NCBI GenBank assembly: GCA_946965045.2
Contig: OX337229.1
Location: 5,270,001-5,334,000 of the forward strand
Origin: Epithemia pelagica
Taxonomy: Eukaryota > Protista > Bacillariophyta
Reading direction: 5' to 3'
DNA length: 64,000 nucleotides
Below the pieces are notes generated by a model that was given only the letters and a program-made list of their open reading frames with translations, had not been told where the DNA came from and searched no databases. Both the position numbers and the translations under genes were made by a program. This document shows positions 22,241 to 34,449 of the stretch, piece after piece. Every line of letters begins with the position of its first letter. Positions within the stretch are counted from its first letter, which is position 1.

Positions 22241-25200
22241 ATGAGTGGGTCAACGGAGCGATTGCGTGAACCTTTGAACCATTTGAAAGACGGTACAGCA
22301 AAGACAACAGTGAGCAAGAAGAATCAAAAACATGTGGTTGCTTCAGCAAGTCATGATTCCTCGGGGGCATCGGCATGTGCTTCGAAACTGGTTACTCCAA
22401 TTTCTTCAAGAAAACGAAGAGGCTCTACAGCAACGATCACGAACAAGACCACATCCCCAAGACCAGCCCCTCCCTCAAGTTCTTCACCCGGTGCTTCCAA
22501 GATCCCTGCGGCTCGGGGAGTGATTCCAGGGAGTGATTTGAACGCGTACGATGTTTTGGTAGGAAGGGGAAATGGCGTTGCACGAAATCCCGGCAATCGC
22601 TTTTTCCGATGTGTTGTCTGGAACGCGAAAGAAGACTATTGCAACGCTTCCAATCCCGACAAGATACGTATTGCGCAACAACAGGTCCTTGATGTCATTA
22701 AAGCCCGGGGAGGACGTGTCCTCGAGAAGTTAACGTACAACCGATCTTCAGGAACACCCTCCAACAAGCCGAAGAACAAGAATGACCATGAAGAAGGCTC
22801 CTACTACTTGCTTGTTCCTAAATCACGAGCATTGGAGAAGACATGCCAAGCCTTGCGCGAAAAGGGCGCAAAACCGCCTGATGGCTATCAAGACTTCTGC
22901 CAGGAAAAAAAGAATTTAGAACGGGGCCTACAAGTCGATGGAGAAGGAAAATGCCATGGTATCGCTACATGGGAAGAGCAAAGTTTGCTATCGACTACCG
23001 ATGCATTTGAGACTTCTGAACGTGCTAGTAGCTCTTCTTTACTGGCATCTTCGCCTTCTTCTTCTGTGAGTCGAAGTACGATGAACAAGTCTGAAGGCAA
23101 TGACAAGAAGAGATCCAGCAAGTCTCGGCAAACCAAAAAGCACACCCCATCGAAAAGCAGAACTCCCAAGGAATCAAAGGCGAAGACACGTCGCTCGACT
23201 TCCGCTTCTTCTGCAACTCGTGGTCGTAGTTTCTGTCGTACTCATATTGAAACTACAAAACCAGGCTCAACAACTTTAACATCTGCTGCCAAATCAGCCC
23301 AACGAGAGTTGAGGTGGGATGACGTCCAGACGGATGTCCACCAGGATGCTTCCCAGCGAGAACTGCAAGACTCAGTATATGATCATTTGGTTAATGAGGC
23401 CATTGCCGCCGCTTCAAGTATTGTTTGGGACCAAGCCCCACTTGACCTCGAATCCAGTCGCATTAATCTCCACAAGGTCCAAAACGAGGAAAAATCAAAC
23501 CATGGTGGATACGAAGCCACGGATTCCAAGAAGGTGGACGATGTTGTCCCCGTCACAAAACGCGTCCTCGTATCAAGGGAAAATGAATGTTCGGACCCTA
23601 CGTCGGCACAAACTCTTGGGTATGACTTGCAACCCACGAGTTGTGAGGAGAAAACCTCTTGCGGTGCTGTGTGCACTGGCAAGCATGATTCCCCTCCTTG
23701 TTTGAGCCTTTTGTCTCCTTCCACCAAATCGCAAGGTCGTGCAAGCTCTACAGCTTTCGAGCCGGTCTCATCTCTCTTTCTCAAGTCAAGTTCTATGGTC
23801 CTATCAAGAGGTTCCTCCGCTCCCTCTTCTCCTAGTGACGGAGTTCTTTTCATTGCTCCTCGACCAACCTTTCCACTGCAGCCACAGGCAGGTTCTGTTT
23901 CCTCTCTCATGACATGTCCCACGGTGACCCCTCTCGTAGTTTCCGCAGCCGAACGTGTGAAGCGAAACAAACGAAGCAAATCGACCAAAAACTCCAGCAA
24001 GAATCGGGTGTGTCCTAAAGAAGAAACCAAAAATGGCGGAACCAACAAGACACAGGGTGAAGCAGATTCCTTGGTTCCCATTACTCCACGCCCTCCTTCC
24101 GCGATCCTGCCGCAGTACTCTTCCTTTGCTGCATTGGGTCTCGTGGAAGGTCCTCCAACTTTGGTCTCCCCTCCGACCGATGTAGTGGCAACTACTCCTT
24201 CTCGCAAGACTTCGTCTTCAAGGTCCCCGAAGAAACGAGCTACTCCTGACAAGAAAGAAAAAGAGAAGAAGCAGCGAAAGAGGAAGGAAACCAAAGCTCC
24301 TGGACAAGAGAAAAGCCCCAAGAAACGACGAACAAGAAAGACGCCATCTACTAGCAAAGCTTCCAGTGCCGCTCCCAAAATGAACAGTGGTATGCAACCA
24401 CCAATGTTGCTTCCCCGAGCGGTTGTCTCCGCCGCCTGCTCGCTCAAAGATGATCATGGGGATAGAAGTAACGATAGTCCCTCTGAGCTGCAGGCCAAAA
24501 CGAGGAGCAACATGCCTGGTTCCCCAAGTACGGGTCTACCAAGTGATTTGGATGAGCTTTTTGCTGCTCTACCACCAAGTTTGACAGCCTTTGCGAGCGG
24601 ACTGTTTCATTCGTCATCGTCGGGTTGGTCTGGGAAGCCCCATGTTAGCTGCGACCCACCGCCATTAAAACCTTCATCGTCGAAGACATTTGGTTTGGCA
24701 CCGTTGATTCCGCGTCCGTGTCTTCTCGAGACTGCAAAGGACGAGGCTGCGGATGACGAAGAACAGGAAATCCCTCCTGCCTTGGTCCAGTTGCTGCGAT
24801 CCATCTCTACAATGTCTCAGCAGCGACAGCAGGAAGCGGAACAGTCAAGTGAGCAAGGTCCACCTCCTGTCCATTCCGCAAAAGATCCGAATGACTCTGT
24901 AACTGGATCGCCCACAGCTGATCAATTGGTAGTCAATGAAACTGAAGATGAAGCAGCCGATATTCCTCCTTCCTTGGTGCAATTGCTACGTTCAATTTCC
25001 CAGGTTTCAAATCATAATAGTAGAGACGAAGATCCGCTGCAACCTCCTTTTGAATCGAATGGCGAAGAGGATCCGTCTGATATCCCCCCTTCATTGGTGC
25101 AGTTGCTGCGTTCTATTTCGCAAATATCACATTCATCCGACAAGGAACATAAAGAAGTAACAGGACAGGATCACTCAGGACATTCGTTCGCCAGTGCGAA

Positions 25201-26125
25201 CGATGGAACTTCGGAAGAAGAACTTCTCCAGGATCTTCTCGCCGCAGAGGAGTTCTCGCCTGACCTGCATGAAATCACCACAGAGATCTTCTCCGAAGGT
25301 CAAGCGGAGAAGGAAGATAGAAAGGTGGAGAACAATGACCAACAGGAGGTCCCTAGTGCCAACCGTGTTCCTCCAGCGAATGTGAGGGCACCAAGAATGA
25401 CACGTGCCGTAACACATGATGTTGACGTGAAGGGTCGCATAGCAAACGACAATTGCGAAGATCAAGTGTCTCCACATGGCGACTCGTCGGGGTGGTCTTC
25501 ATCGGAAAAGGACAGTAGTACATCTCCTCGCACGGTGATGGATTCGCTGCCACCACAAGAGAACCAGGGCAGCATGGACCAAGAACCAGACAGCGAGTCC
25601 ATGAAGCCCCCCGCTTTCCAGTCATCTCGTTCCTGGACGTTCCCAGTGGAACCTCCCAGTCTTACTGCTTGGCATTCGCTTCAAGAAGGGGAGTTCGAGA
25701 AAGCGATTGACACGTCGAAAGGTCCGTCGACATCTTATCATCAAACGAGAGAGGCGGTCAATGCCATTCCATTGACCGTTTTGCCAAAGTACAGCGTTCC
25801 ATTCAAGAATCCACTTGCCAGGGGGAACGGTGGACCAGGAAGGTATATTCCTGCGGTACTTGTGGCTTTGGGGGACGATGAGGATTCGGATCAGAATTCA
25901 ATGGATCCGTTTGTGAAGAACCATCGTACCCCACACCGATTTTTGGGTCCGGTCCAAATGGTTCGTGTCGAAACGACACCGACGGGCGAAAGCCGCATGA
26001 TCCTCACGGGTCTTCCTCCTCCGAGCTGGCCATCTCAAAACCGAACCCAGGGCGCATACTTTGGCTCACGTGGACCAACGAACGAGTCGAGTGCTCCTCG
26101 GGGCCATTTTTGGATGGCAGGCTAA
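22241..26125 (+). CDS. Large low-complexity protein with N-terminal DUF6824-like domain (putative regulator)
   Basis: 1294-aa ORF; YDVLVGRG..NPGNRFFR..Y..K..IA..I..RGGR..ALEKTCQALRE matches the diatom-expanded DUF6824 pattern. Confidence 0.8.
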   Translation: MSGSTERLREPLNHLKDGTAKTTVSKKNQKHVVASASHDSSGASACASKLVTPISSRKRRGSTATITNKTTSPRPAPPSSSSPGASKIPAARGVIPGSDLNAYDVLVGRGNGVARNPGNRFFRCVVWNAKEDYCNASNPDKIRIAQQQVLDVIKARGGRVLEKLTYNRSSGTPSNKPKNKNDHEEGSYYLLVPKSRALEKTCQALREKGAKPPDGYQDFCQEKKNLERGLQVDGEGKCHGIATWEEQSLLSTTDAFETSERASSSSLLASSPSSSVSRSTMNKSEGNDKKRSSKSRQTKKHTPSKSRTPKESKAKTRRSTSASSATRGRSFCRTHIETTKPGSTTLTSAAKSAQRELRWDDVQTDVHQDASQRELQDSVYDHLVNEAIAAASSIVWDQAPLDLESSRINLHKVQNEEKSNHGGYEATDSKKVDDVVPVTKRVLVSRENECSDPTSAQTLGYDLQPTSCEEKTSCGAVCTGKHDSPPCLSLLSPSTKSQGRASSTAFEPVSSLFLKSSSMVLSRGSSAPSSPSDGVLFIAPRPTFPLQPQAGSVSSLMTCPTVTPLVVSAAERVKRNKRSKSTKNSSKNRVCPKEETKNGGTNKTQGEADSLVPITPRPPSAILPQYSSFAALGLVEGPPTLVSPPTDVVATTPSRKTSSSRSPKKRATPDKKEKEKKQRKRKETKAPGQEKSPKKRRTRKTPSTSKASSAAPKMNSGMQPPMLLPRAVVSAACSLKDDHGDRSNDSPSELQAKTRSNMPGSPSTGLPSDLDELFAALPPSLTAFASGLFHSSSSGWSGKPHVSCDPPPLKPSSSKTFGLAPLIPRPCLLETAKDEAADDEEQEIPPALVQLLRSISTMSQQRQQEAEQSSEQGPPPVHSAKDPNDSVTGSPTADQLVVNETEDEAADIPPSLVQLLRSISQVSNHNSRDEDPLQPPFESNGEEDPSDIPPSLVQLLRSISQISHSSDKEHKEVTGQDHSGHSFASANDGTSEEELLQDLLAAEEFSPDLHEITTEIFSEGQAEKEDRKVENNDQQEVPSANRVPPANVRAPRMTRAVTHDVDVKGRIANDNCEDQVSPHGDSSGWSSSEKDSSTSPRTVMDSLPPQENQGSMDQEPDSESMKPPAFQSSRSWTFPVEPPSLTAWHSLQEGEFEKAIDTSKGPSTSYHQTREAVNAIPLTVLPKYSVPFKNPLARGNGGPGRYIPAVLVALGDDEDSDQNSMDPFVKNHRTPHRFLGPVQMVRVETTPTGESRMILTGLPPPSWPSQNRTQGAYFGSRGPTNESSAPRGHFWMAG

Positions 26126-27444
26126 GAAGGGAGAGAATCAAAGCAAGTTTTTTGGGACAAGAAACAATGGATTCTATAGAATCAAAGCGCCATGATTGTC
26201 CTATGGGGGAATATTTAATGTTTGAGGCATGTTGTTGTTATTGATTGCCAAAGCATGGGGTTTGGGGATACGCATGGTGGGAGAAACAACAACACAAGCA
26301 TGTCTTGAAGAAAACGGGAAAAAAGAATTGATTAAGCTGAAAAGTAGTATGATGTGTGCAGGAGATTAGAGCGACGGGAGCAACGACAACAAGAACGAGA
26401 GGAAGTTAACAGAGATACAAACTATGATGAATCACAGAGGCAGACACAATTTAGGGGGACAAGCCTTAGTATCGCATAAATTCGACTAGGTAGAAAGGGA
26501 AGGTTAATCAAAAAACTGCAAGAGAGTGTGACTGGAAACGTGAAGAAACTTCTGATGATATCGACTGTCCTTTTGTTGAGGCAGAGTCTCTTTTTTTAGA
26601 TTTATTTTTACGATCCATGCTAGAGACTGAATTCTCCTCCACTTGCAATGAGAGGTATTCCTGCTGGAGTAGGAGATATTCGCGTCACGACTACCTACTC
26701 CCATTCACATAAGGTATCATCGACGCCATTCCTTAAACCAATGAGGAATAAGCACGACATGGATCGGCATCTATCGTTGTATTTTGATTGGTTGAATGGA
26801 GTCTGCGCTGGAGTCGAAGCATTCGACGACGACATTGTTCACTATAAGACTAAGTGTACAGAGACAAGGTTCATTCGGGCGGGAATAGGGTCGTGAAGGT
26901 ACTTTCCACACGACACTGGAACACCCTCTGACGACAGTCAGTTGGAACGACAAAGCCGCACATGCGAACTTCTTATCCCGCAGCAGCAGCCCCCGCGAAG
27001 AACGCACCCACAACCCACACGCATACACATCACACCACAAACAAGCAAGACGAGGTATCCAGACACAAAACCCCAATAGCCACACGACAGAAGGCTTTTT
27101 CCCGGGATCATTGCTGCTTCGGGTCCTGCTGTTCTCAAGTTTTGCAGCTCTTGGATTGAACTGAACCATTGAATAGAATTGTTTGGATCGACAGAAGACA
27201 GAAGCGACAGCTGTCTGCAGAGACGCAAGGCCACATAACCGAGCAGACATATTCTTGTACGGTTCTCAAACTCTCTCTCTCTCTTTCCAGTGCGAAAGAT
27301 TGCTTGCGAGAGTCCTTGATCTTCAATTTATTGGATCGCTAGGCGATATCGCATCCGAACTACAGTCCAAGTCATTTCGATCGGTCGTTCCAGAGGAAAG
27401 GAAACGAAGATAGAAGAAATTTACATTTGAAGGACTCTCTCATT

Positions 27445-29742
27445 ATGAAACAGTCACCACCAGCTGCAGATAAAGCTTCTACTACTGCTGCGAGTAATGG
27501 TGTACCATTGTCCTTGCCTAATCGTGATGATGATGATGATACGATCGAGTCCTCGGTTGTCTCGTATCGTCCGCCCTTGAAAAAACGCAAAGTAGCGGTG
27601 GGAGCCTTACCGCCTGTTGACTCCACGAAAGAGGGAACGGGGTCTTTTGCAATCTCCGCACAGACGTTAGATACAAAGACGATCGAAGCTAGCCGTAGCA
27701 GCAGTGAAACGAATGAGAACGACAGCGGTTTCATGGAAATTTCAGCACCGTCCCAAGAAGCATCCCCTACAGGACAGAAACGCAAGCAGAGCGCTGGTCG
27801 ATCTCAATCCTCTCCACAAAAACCCAAACGACCTCCTCAATCTTCCCTCTCCTTGATTGAGGAATCGGATTTGAAACTGTATGATGTTATTTTGGGCAAT
27901 GGGAGTACAACTGTCTCGAAAGCCAGTGATTTGTATCAGTGTTTGGTGTGGGATACCCGCACCTTGTTTCTTCACACACCCATGCCCTTGAAGGAAAAGG
28001 TTGCGCAACAGAATGTTTTGTCCGTCATTGAGGCCAAGGGTGGGCGATTCCTGATACCTGTTGTTGTCCAAGAGGGAAGAGAAAATGGGGAGGATAATGT
28101 CCATTCGAAAAAGAAAAGTCTTCTCCCTCAACAGCTCTACCTGCCTGTGTCGAACGAGGTGGCCTTGGAAAGAACTTGTCGAGCCTTGCGTGAATCCAGC
28201 AAGGATACTGTGTTGCCATCAGGGTATCATGAGTATCTGAAAGAGAAAGAGAAACAGGCAGGACTACGTTTGAAAGAAGCACGACTTCGTGAACAGAAGC
28301 AAAAGAAAAAGAAAACCCCACTTCTAGCGGAGGAAGAAACGGTTGAGCAACCCATTCCAGAAACAGCCTTGAATCCATACGATGTTTTGGTAGGACGAGG
28401 CAACGGGACCGCATGTTATCAGGGCAATATCTTTTTTCGGTGTTTGGTATGGGATGCCAAACCTCTCTATCAACAAGCCGTGAATAGTGAAAAGGTCGTA
28501 ATTGCACAACAACATGTCTTGTCCATCATATATGCAAAGGGTGGACGTGTCCTGGAACCAATGGTGGGTTCCATCGACTCATACAAAGCCCCCAAAAAGG
28601 ATACTCGTTCCGGTAAAACAAAGAAAGCACAACAGTGGTATCAAATCGTCTCCCATTCACGCGCCATTGAAAAAGCTTGCCAAGCACTCCGAGAACGCAA
28701 AATCAACCGACCACCCACAGGGTATGACGACTACTTGGCGCAACTTGGACTTGAACCAGAACAGAAAGACCCGGATTCCCAAAAAGCGACACAAGGACTT
28801 GAAAGGGAACAACCGAAGAAAAAACAACAACGACAACAACGACAAGTGCCTCGAATAACACTCGTCCCACCGCCATCCAAGAAGAAGAAAAAGGAACCGG
28901 ATTCCCCAGAAGCGGCACAAGGACTTGCAAGGGAACAACCGAACAAAGAACAACGACAAGTGCCTCGAATAACACTCGTTCCACCGCCATTCAAGAAAAA
29001 GAAAAAGGAGCCGGATTCCCAAGAAGCGACACAAGGACTGGAAAGGGAACAACCGAACAAAGAACAGCGACAAGTGCCTCGAATAACACTCGTTCCACCG
29101 CCATCCAAGAACAAGAAAAAGGAGAACAGAAAACTTCCTCTTGTGCGCGAGTCATTTGCCTCTGAGGCAGGGAATTCTCAAAAAAGTCGTTCTCAAGAGA
29201 AACTCAATGCGATGGTTGCGATTGCTCCAAGACCTGTCGTTGTTTCTCCCATTCCCCTGTTGTCGGCGGCATCGCGTGCCCAAAGAGCACTCCCACTGAT
29301 GTCCAAGCCCAAGAAGAAAAAGGCTCGTGTTAAAAGCTCTCAGTCAACCTCGACAACCTTGACGAACCTTCGGCCGACGACTTCTTCGTCTTCTTCCGAA
29401 ACTTCTTCAAAGTTCCTCGACATTGCCCCACGCCCCAGCACCATGGTGACGGCTCAAGCTAGTTGCTCATCAATTGCTTCTTCTTCTGTGTCGTCCGAGC
29501 AATCCATGAACCAGACACTTCTTACATCACGACCTCCACGACCAACCAAGTCCTCACAAAAGGCTTTTGCTCCCTTGGATGTCTTGGCTACCGTGGCCGG
29601 CATTTGGGGAACGACGACAAGTGACAGCGGCTGTAGCCACCAAACCAGAGTGAAACGAGAAAGCTGGAAAGATCTCTGCAACGACAAGTGTTGCGGCACC
29701 AACGAGCTGCTGGAAAATCTAAATGGAAGGAGAGTGGATTGA
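27445..29742 (+). CDS. Protein with two DUF6824-like domains and a 38-aa tandem repeat
   Basis: Degenerate domain (YDVILGNG..GGRFL..ALERTCRALRE) and intact domain (YDVLVGRG..GNIFFR..AIEKACQALRE); paralogue of 22241..26125. Confidence 0.8.
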   Translation: MKQSPPAADKASTTAASNGVPLSLPNRDDDDDTIESSVVSYRPPLKKRKVAVGALPPVDSTKEGTGSFAISAQTLDTKTIEASRSSSETNENDSGFMEISAPSQEASPTGQKRKQSAGRSQSSPQKPKRPPQSSLSLIEESDLKLYDVILGNGSTTVSKASDLYQCLVWDTRTLFLHTPMPLKEKVAQQNVLSVIEAKGGRFLIPVVVQEGRENGEDNVHSKKKSLLPQQLYLPVSNEVALERTCRALRESSKDTVLPSGYHEYLKEKEKQAGLRLKEARLREQKQKKKKTPLLAEEETVEQPIPETALNPYDVLVGRGNGTACYQGNIFFRCLVWDAKPLYQQAVNSEKVVIAQQHVLSIIYAKGGRVLEPMVGSIDSYKAPKKDTRSGKTKKAQQWYQIVSHSRAIEKACQALRERKINRPPTGYDDYLAQLGLEPEQKDPDSQKATQGLEREQPKKKQQRQQRQVPRITLVPPPSKKKKKEPDSPEAAQGLAREQPNKEQRQVPRITLVPPPFKKKKKEPDSQEATQGLEREQPNKEQRQVPRITLVPPPSKNKKKENRKLPLVRESFASEAGNSQKSRSQEKLNAMVAIAPRPVVVSPIPLLSAASRAQRALPLMSKPKKKKARVKSSQSTSTTLTNLRPTTSSSSSETSSKFLDIAPRPSTMVTAQASCSSIASSSVSSEQSMNQTLLTSRPPRPTKSSQKAFAPLDVLATVAGIWGTTTSDSGCSHQTRVKRESWKDLCNDKCCGTNELLENLNGRRVD
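28765..29124 (+). repeat. Coding tandem repeat, 3 units (126, 114, 114 bp)
   Basis: Units start at 28765, 28891 and 29005; encode KEPDSQEATQGLEREQPNKEQRQVPRITLVPPPSKKKK. Confidence 0.92.
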
Positions 29743-31232
29743 ATGGCCATCTCCACGTTGACCCATTGGTTTTCCCTCATTTGACTTTATCATATCCGAC
29801 CTCTTCAGGCAGGCAGGCAATTTCGTGTCCCTTATAGATAGAATCCACAATTGCCGCGGCATGTCGTTGTGTCTGTTGCCTTCATGGCATCTGGTCAAGA
29901 CTGATTAGATGCGGCATGTTGTTCTTGAATTCTCTTGACATAAGGCTATTCAAAGTGCGCCATGAAATCAGCTTTTTTTAACAGCATGGTTGAGTTCTTT
30001 GCGAATGCCATTCCATCCATCCTTCCTTCCATTGAAACAACGCTCCTCCTGATTTCCCTCTCTTTACCATGTTCGACGATGCGCTCGTCAGTCCCTGTGG
30101 CATCTGACACAGAAGGGTGTATCCATATTGGATGTCTCTTCGAAGGAGATGGCACGGTGCATGAATAGGTCCAAAGTGATGTGCACCCCGCGTGCTCGCG
30201 CATGGTCGATGCGTGAATGCGTGGTGCCACCGGAATCCCCAAAGGATGTGCGTACTTGTAGGGCAATAATGATACTTTTACGAGCAATAGTAGGTAGATC
30301 CCCCAAAATGCCCCAGGCATAACAAAGAATACGAGTAATAGGATCATGGCCAAAGATACCAATGGTACTCGTACAATAACAATATGGGCCATACAAGCTG
30401 AGTTCAGACAGAATGTTCCTGTCGTAGCGCTCCAGTAGGAAATCTACGTAATACACGCCAGCCATCTTTGTTTATATAGCCCGTATAATTATGCCTCTGT
30501 TGTGCAAAGTGCCTCCGAAACTCGACAATCTCGCGTTCCCCCAGAAAAACTTCGTTTTGTACGAGACTATCGTGCGTGGGGTGCGTCCGATCATCACTTC
30601 ATTGGGGATGATGCCAACCGCATACGTTGTTGCCCCATTGGTGATGGCCTAATAACACCCTTAGGCACCTTGATACAGCTCGGCAACAAGGTACGCGGTT
30701 GGGACGGCCCTCCACCGACCCTCCACCATGGTCAACACAGTCGACTGTTTTTCGTAATTTTTGATGAGATTCTAGCGTTCGGAAGAAATCACACATAACA
30801 CTAAAGTTTATAAAATATTTATTTCAGCCACTAGGAAGTCGCTAGTCGGACACTAATAACGCAAAACGCTTTCCAGGATTACTCCTCTGGTACAAATTCT
30901 ACAGGAGTCTACGACAGGAACACACTCCCTGAACTCAGCTTGTACAATATTGCAAGCTTACTGGACAAAGAAGGGAGGGCGAGCGCGGAGTGGGCAAATG
31001 GCGGGCGCAAACAAGAGCGGAGGGAGAATTTTCTCCGCGGTGCACATAGCTCAATTCCAGACCAGGACAACCATAGCACAACAATAGAAAAGACTACGAA
31101 TAAGCTTTTAAGCGTGATTGTCTGTTCTGGGGTCCATTTTATTGCAGTGCAACCATTCTCTGGTGGTCTTTTGCCGCATCACGCCGAATCGGAGGGGTGT
31201 TGTTGTTTGTGGAGAATACACAAACTTCAGAA

Positions 31233-31236
<4 letters not shown>

Positions 31237-31306
<70 letters not shown>
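31237..31306. repeat. (GA)35 microsatellite
   Basis: Read directly from sequence. Confidence 0.95.
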
Positions 31307-31309
<3 letters not shown>

Positions 31310-31832
31310 CCGGACCAGACATTGTGACTGTTGGACCAAGTGACACAGACGGCACTGCACAGTCACCTTGTTGTTGCTCTGTGGCATAGTATTGCTCTGT
31401 TCAGAACAAGTACATTTCCCATTCCAAGAAGGCAACGTATCAGGAGGTTGTGTTCTGGGTGAGACTGGATTTGGTTATTGATTTGGTTGCTGTTGGTCCA
31501 AGTACGATTTGGGCACGGTCTGCTCCAAGCTGCATTGTTGTGACAGACTAATTCTCAATCAAGGAACTAAAAGACGAGTTTACAATACTCCAAAAGCAGA
31601 TAAACAGAGAGGCGTTGCTGGAAACAGGAAACATCAAGAGAAATTGCAAGGGAAACAAGATTCCAGCGGGAACTTTTCTGGAGTGTTGTACTACACGGAG
31701 TCGTCACATTCTACAGCTTTGGTTAATGAAGAAAGGGAAAACTTGCTGGTGTGAAAGAAGGGTTGCTAGAATTGAAAATTCCAATTGACGTATTCCTGTT
31801 CGGACTGATCATCTTGGATTTTGAAGATTGCG

Positions 31833-34194
31833 ATGGAAGGTCATAGTAACAATAATGGTAGCAGTCCGATGGAGGATGCATCGCCCCTTTCTGGGGCGGC
31901 GGCTGCTGCTGCTGTTCAACCGCAACGAATGGAACCAGATGCTGCTGGCCAAGGCAGTGCCGATGCAGGTTCCTCTCAGAATCATGCTCACGCACCACCA
32001 CCACATCTCTTGCCGGACGATGCGGAAGACGACGAGGACGAGGAGCAACACTCTCAACAGCAACAACAACCTCACCCAGCCGAACTAGCTCATCACCATG
32101 CCCCAGCAGCTGTTCTGGGTGGTGGTATGGCTCCCATGGGAGGAGGCGAAGATGCAGCGGCGGCTTCTCCTGGCTGTTCTCTACGAGAAACACGCATGGA
32201 ACGAAGACCAACGCTCCCCTCGGCAATGTCCTCGTCCGTTGCGTCTGCATCGCATTCCTCTTGGTTTTCTCCATCCTTCCTATCACCATCTCCCTCCACT
32301 TCGCAGTATAACTGGGGCACAGCTACCGCTAGCTTTGGTGGACTTCATTCTGGTTTAACTGTCTTCACATGGGGACGAGGCGAAGATGGCCAGTTGGGTT
32401 TGGGCGATGCCAGCGATCAAGAGGAGCCCACCTATGTGGATTCTTTGCGAGGTGTAGGAGTTCGACAAATTGCCTGCGGATCCGGTCACACTGTGGTTTT
32501 GACAACCGAAGGCCACGTCTATACCTGGGGCCGAGGTGACGATGGCCGGTTGGGACATGGCGAAAACATGTGGAAATATGTTCCTCGCATTATTCAGTCT
32601 CTGGTCGGACCTGTCTTGGTTCAAGTCACTTGTGGATCCTACCACACCGCCGCTGTCACGGCACAGGGCGATTTGTATACATGGGGCGGCGGCATGTATG
32701 GAAAATTAGGACATGGAACCGAAGCAGGAGCGTCAACGCCTCAACGAGTTCAAGCCATGGTTGGTTTACCAGTTTCGCAAATTGCCTGTGGCAGTCGGCA
32801 TACGGCAGTTGTCACTGGGACGGGCATTGTTTATACTTGGGGCGATCGCGAAAATGGCGTGGCGGGTCATGGGGAAACAGAAGGTCATCAATACGAACCA
32901 CGACGATTGGAACGTTTGGCTCACAAGCGCGTGGCTCAAATATCCGCCTGTGGCTTTCATACGGCCGCCGTCACGGATGGTGGCGAATTGTACACGTGGG
33001 GGGAAGGCAAATTTGGACGATTGGGACATTTCTCGGAGCGCAACGGCCATGTGCCTCAATTAGTGGAATCCCTCTTGGGAAAAAAGCCGCGGCAAGTGTC
33101 GTGTGGAGGCTTTCATACCGCCGTGGTCACGGAAGAAGGACGGTTGTATACCTTTGGCGGAGGGGAACATGGACAATTGGGACACAATGATCGTGTCAAC
33201 AAACTCAAACCTACATTAGTTCAAGCACTCGAAGGCATTTTTGTCACCCAAATTACCTGTGGATGGTCTCATTCCGTGGCGCTGACGGCAAAAGGAAGAG
33301 TCTACACTTGGTACGTTTCGGTTGTATTGTTGAGCAACTCTTGAGTGTATGTGTTTGGCCTTGTTTTCGTCTTTGTACATGTCTTGTCGACTGTGTGGCT
33401 TTATGTCTAGCATCTGGGTCCTTCGTTTCTGACCGTGCTTGGTGTGACACTCATTGTACAGGGGAAATGGCGACCACGGAAAACTAGGTCATGGATCTGG
33501 TCGGAAGGTTGCAGTGCCACATATGGTAGAAAAGCTCAAAGACTATCGTGTAGTGCGAGTGGCATCGTACAATGAACATACAGCTGCATTGGTAGAACCC
33601 ATGGATCCCCAGGACGCCTCCTTGTATGGAAGTGGACGAGCGGGTGGCGGTACAACGGCAGATGCCCTTGTTCCAGTGACCATGTCGTATCGGCAACAGA
33701 TGAAAAGTATGGTCAATGACGAAGAATATTCGGACGTGACCTTTATGATTGACAAGGAGCCTGTGTATGCCCATCGGGCCATTTTGGCTCAGAGATGTGA
33801 ACCCTTTTCGGCCATGTTTCGCTCCGGAATGCGTGAATCGGTTGAAAAAGTCATTCCCATTCCCAATATACGCCGACCCGTCTTTTTGTTATTATTGGAA
33901 TATCTGTACACCGATACGGTGGCGGTCGATGTCGACGTTTGTGTGGAACTGTACATTTGTGCGGATTTGTACGATTTGGAACGATTGCGGGAACTGTGTT
34001 TGAATGCTGTTCGGCGTCATTTGAATGCCGACAATGCTGGGCAACTCCTTCAAACAGCATCGGATTTGCATTGCCAAGTTTTGAAAGATTGGATCATGAC
34101 CTTTGTCGTGGAACATTTTGACAAGGTATCCAAAACACAAGGAATTCAGCAAGTGAGCCACGGACTGCTGCTGGAAATCTTGTCTCGCAGATAA
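31833..34194 (+). CDS. RCC1-repeat plus BTB/POZ protein (intron 33311-33461)
   Basis: Repeated xxCGxxHT..VYTWG.G..GxLG RCC1 units; BTB SDVTFMI..AHRAILAQRC..F..LLEYLYTD. GTACGT..TACAG splice gives VYTW-GNGDHGKLGH. Confidence 0.92.
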
Positions 34195-34449
34195 AAAGCT
34201 GCTCTGTTATTTTTATGGACACACCCACAACGCCTTTTATTTGGCTTCACTGTGCTGAAGTCAAACTCAGATAGAATCGAAGTATAAACGTTATATATAA
34301 TCAATGATTCGGTAAGCTACTGTAGGTTGCCTTTTCCAAACCAAAACAATCATGAACAGACATCTTCATAACCCATGTCGTTAGTCAGACAAAGATAGTT
34401 GCAAAAATCAAGTCCCTAAAGTTCCCTTACTGGAGTCCGTAGCTACTGC

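Noticed and set aside
23383-24447. 354-aa minus-strand ORF
   Set aside because: Antisense to the 1294-aa gene, with no motifs.
28765-29124. Repeat array as CRISPR
   Set aside because: Units are contiguous, in frame and coding, with no unique spacers and no cas genes.
29946-30465. Two overlapping minus-strand ORFs, one hydrophobic
   Set aside because: No recognisable family or splice solution; cannot be supported.
30940-31389. ORF with an ERERER tract
   Set aside because: Translation of the (GA)35 microsatellite.
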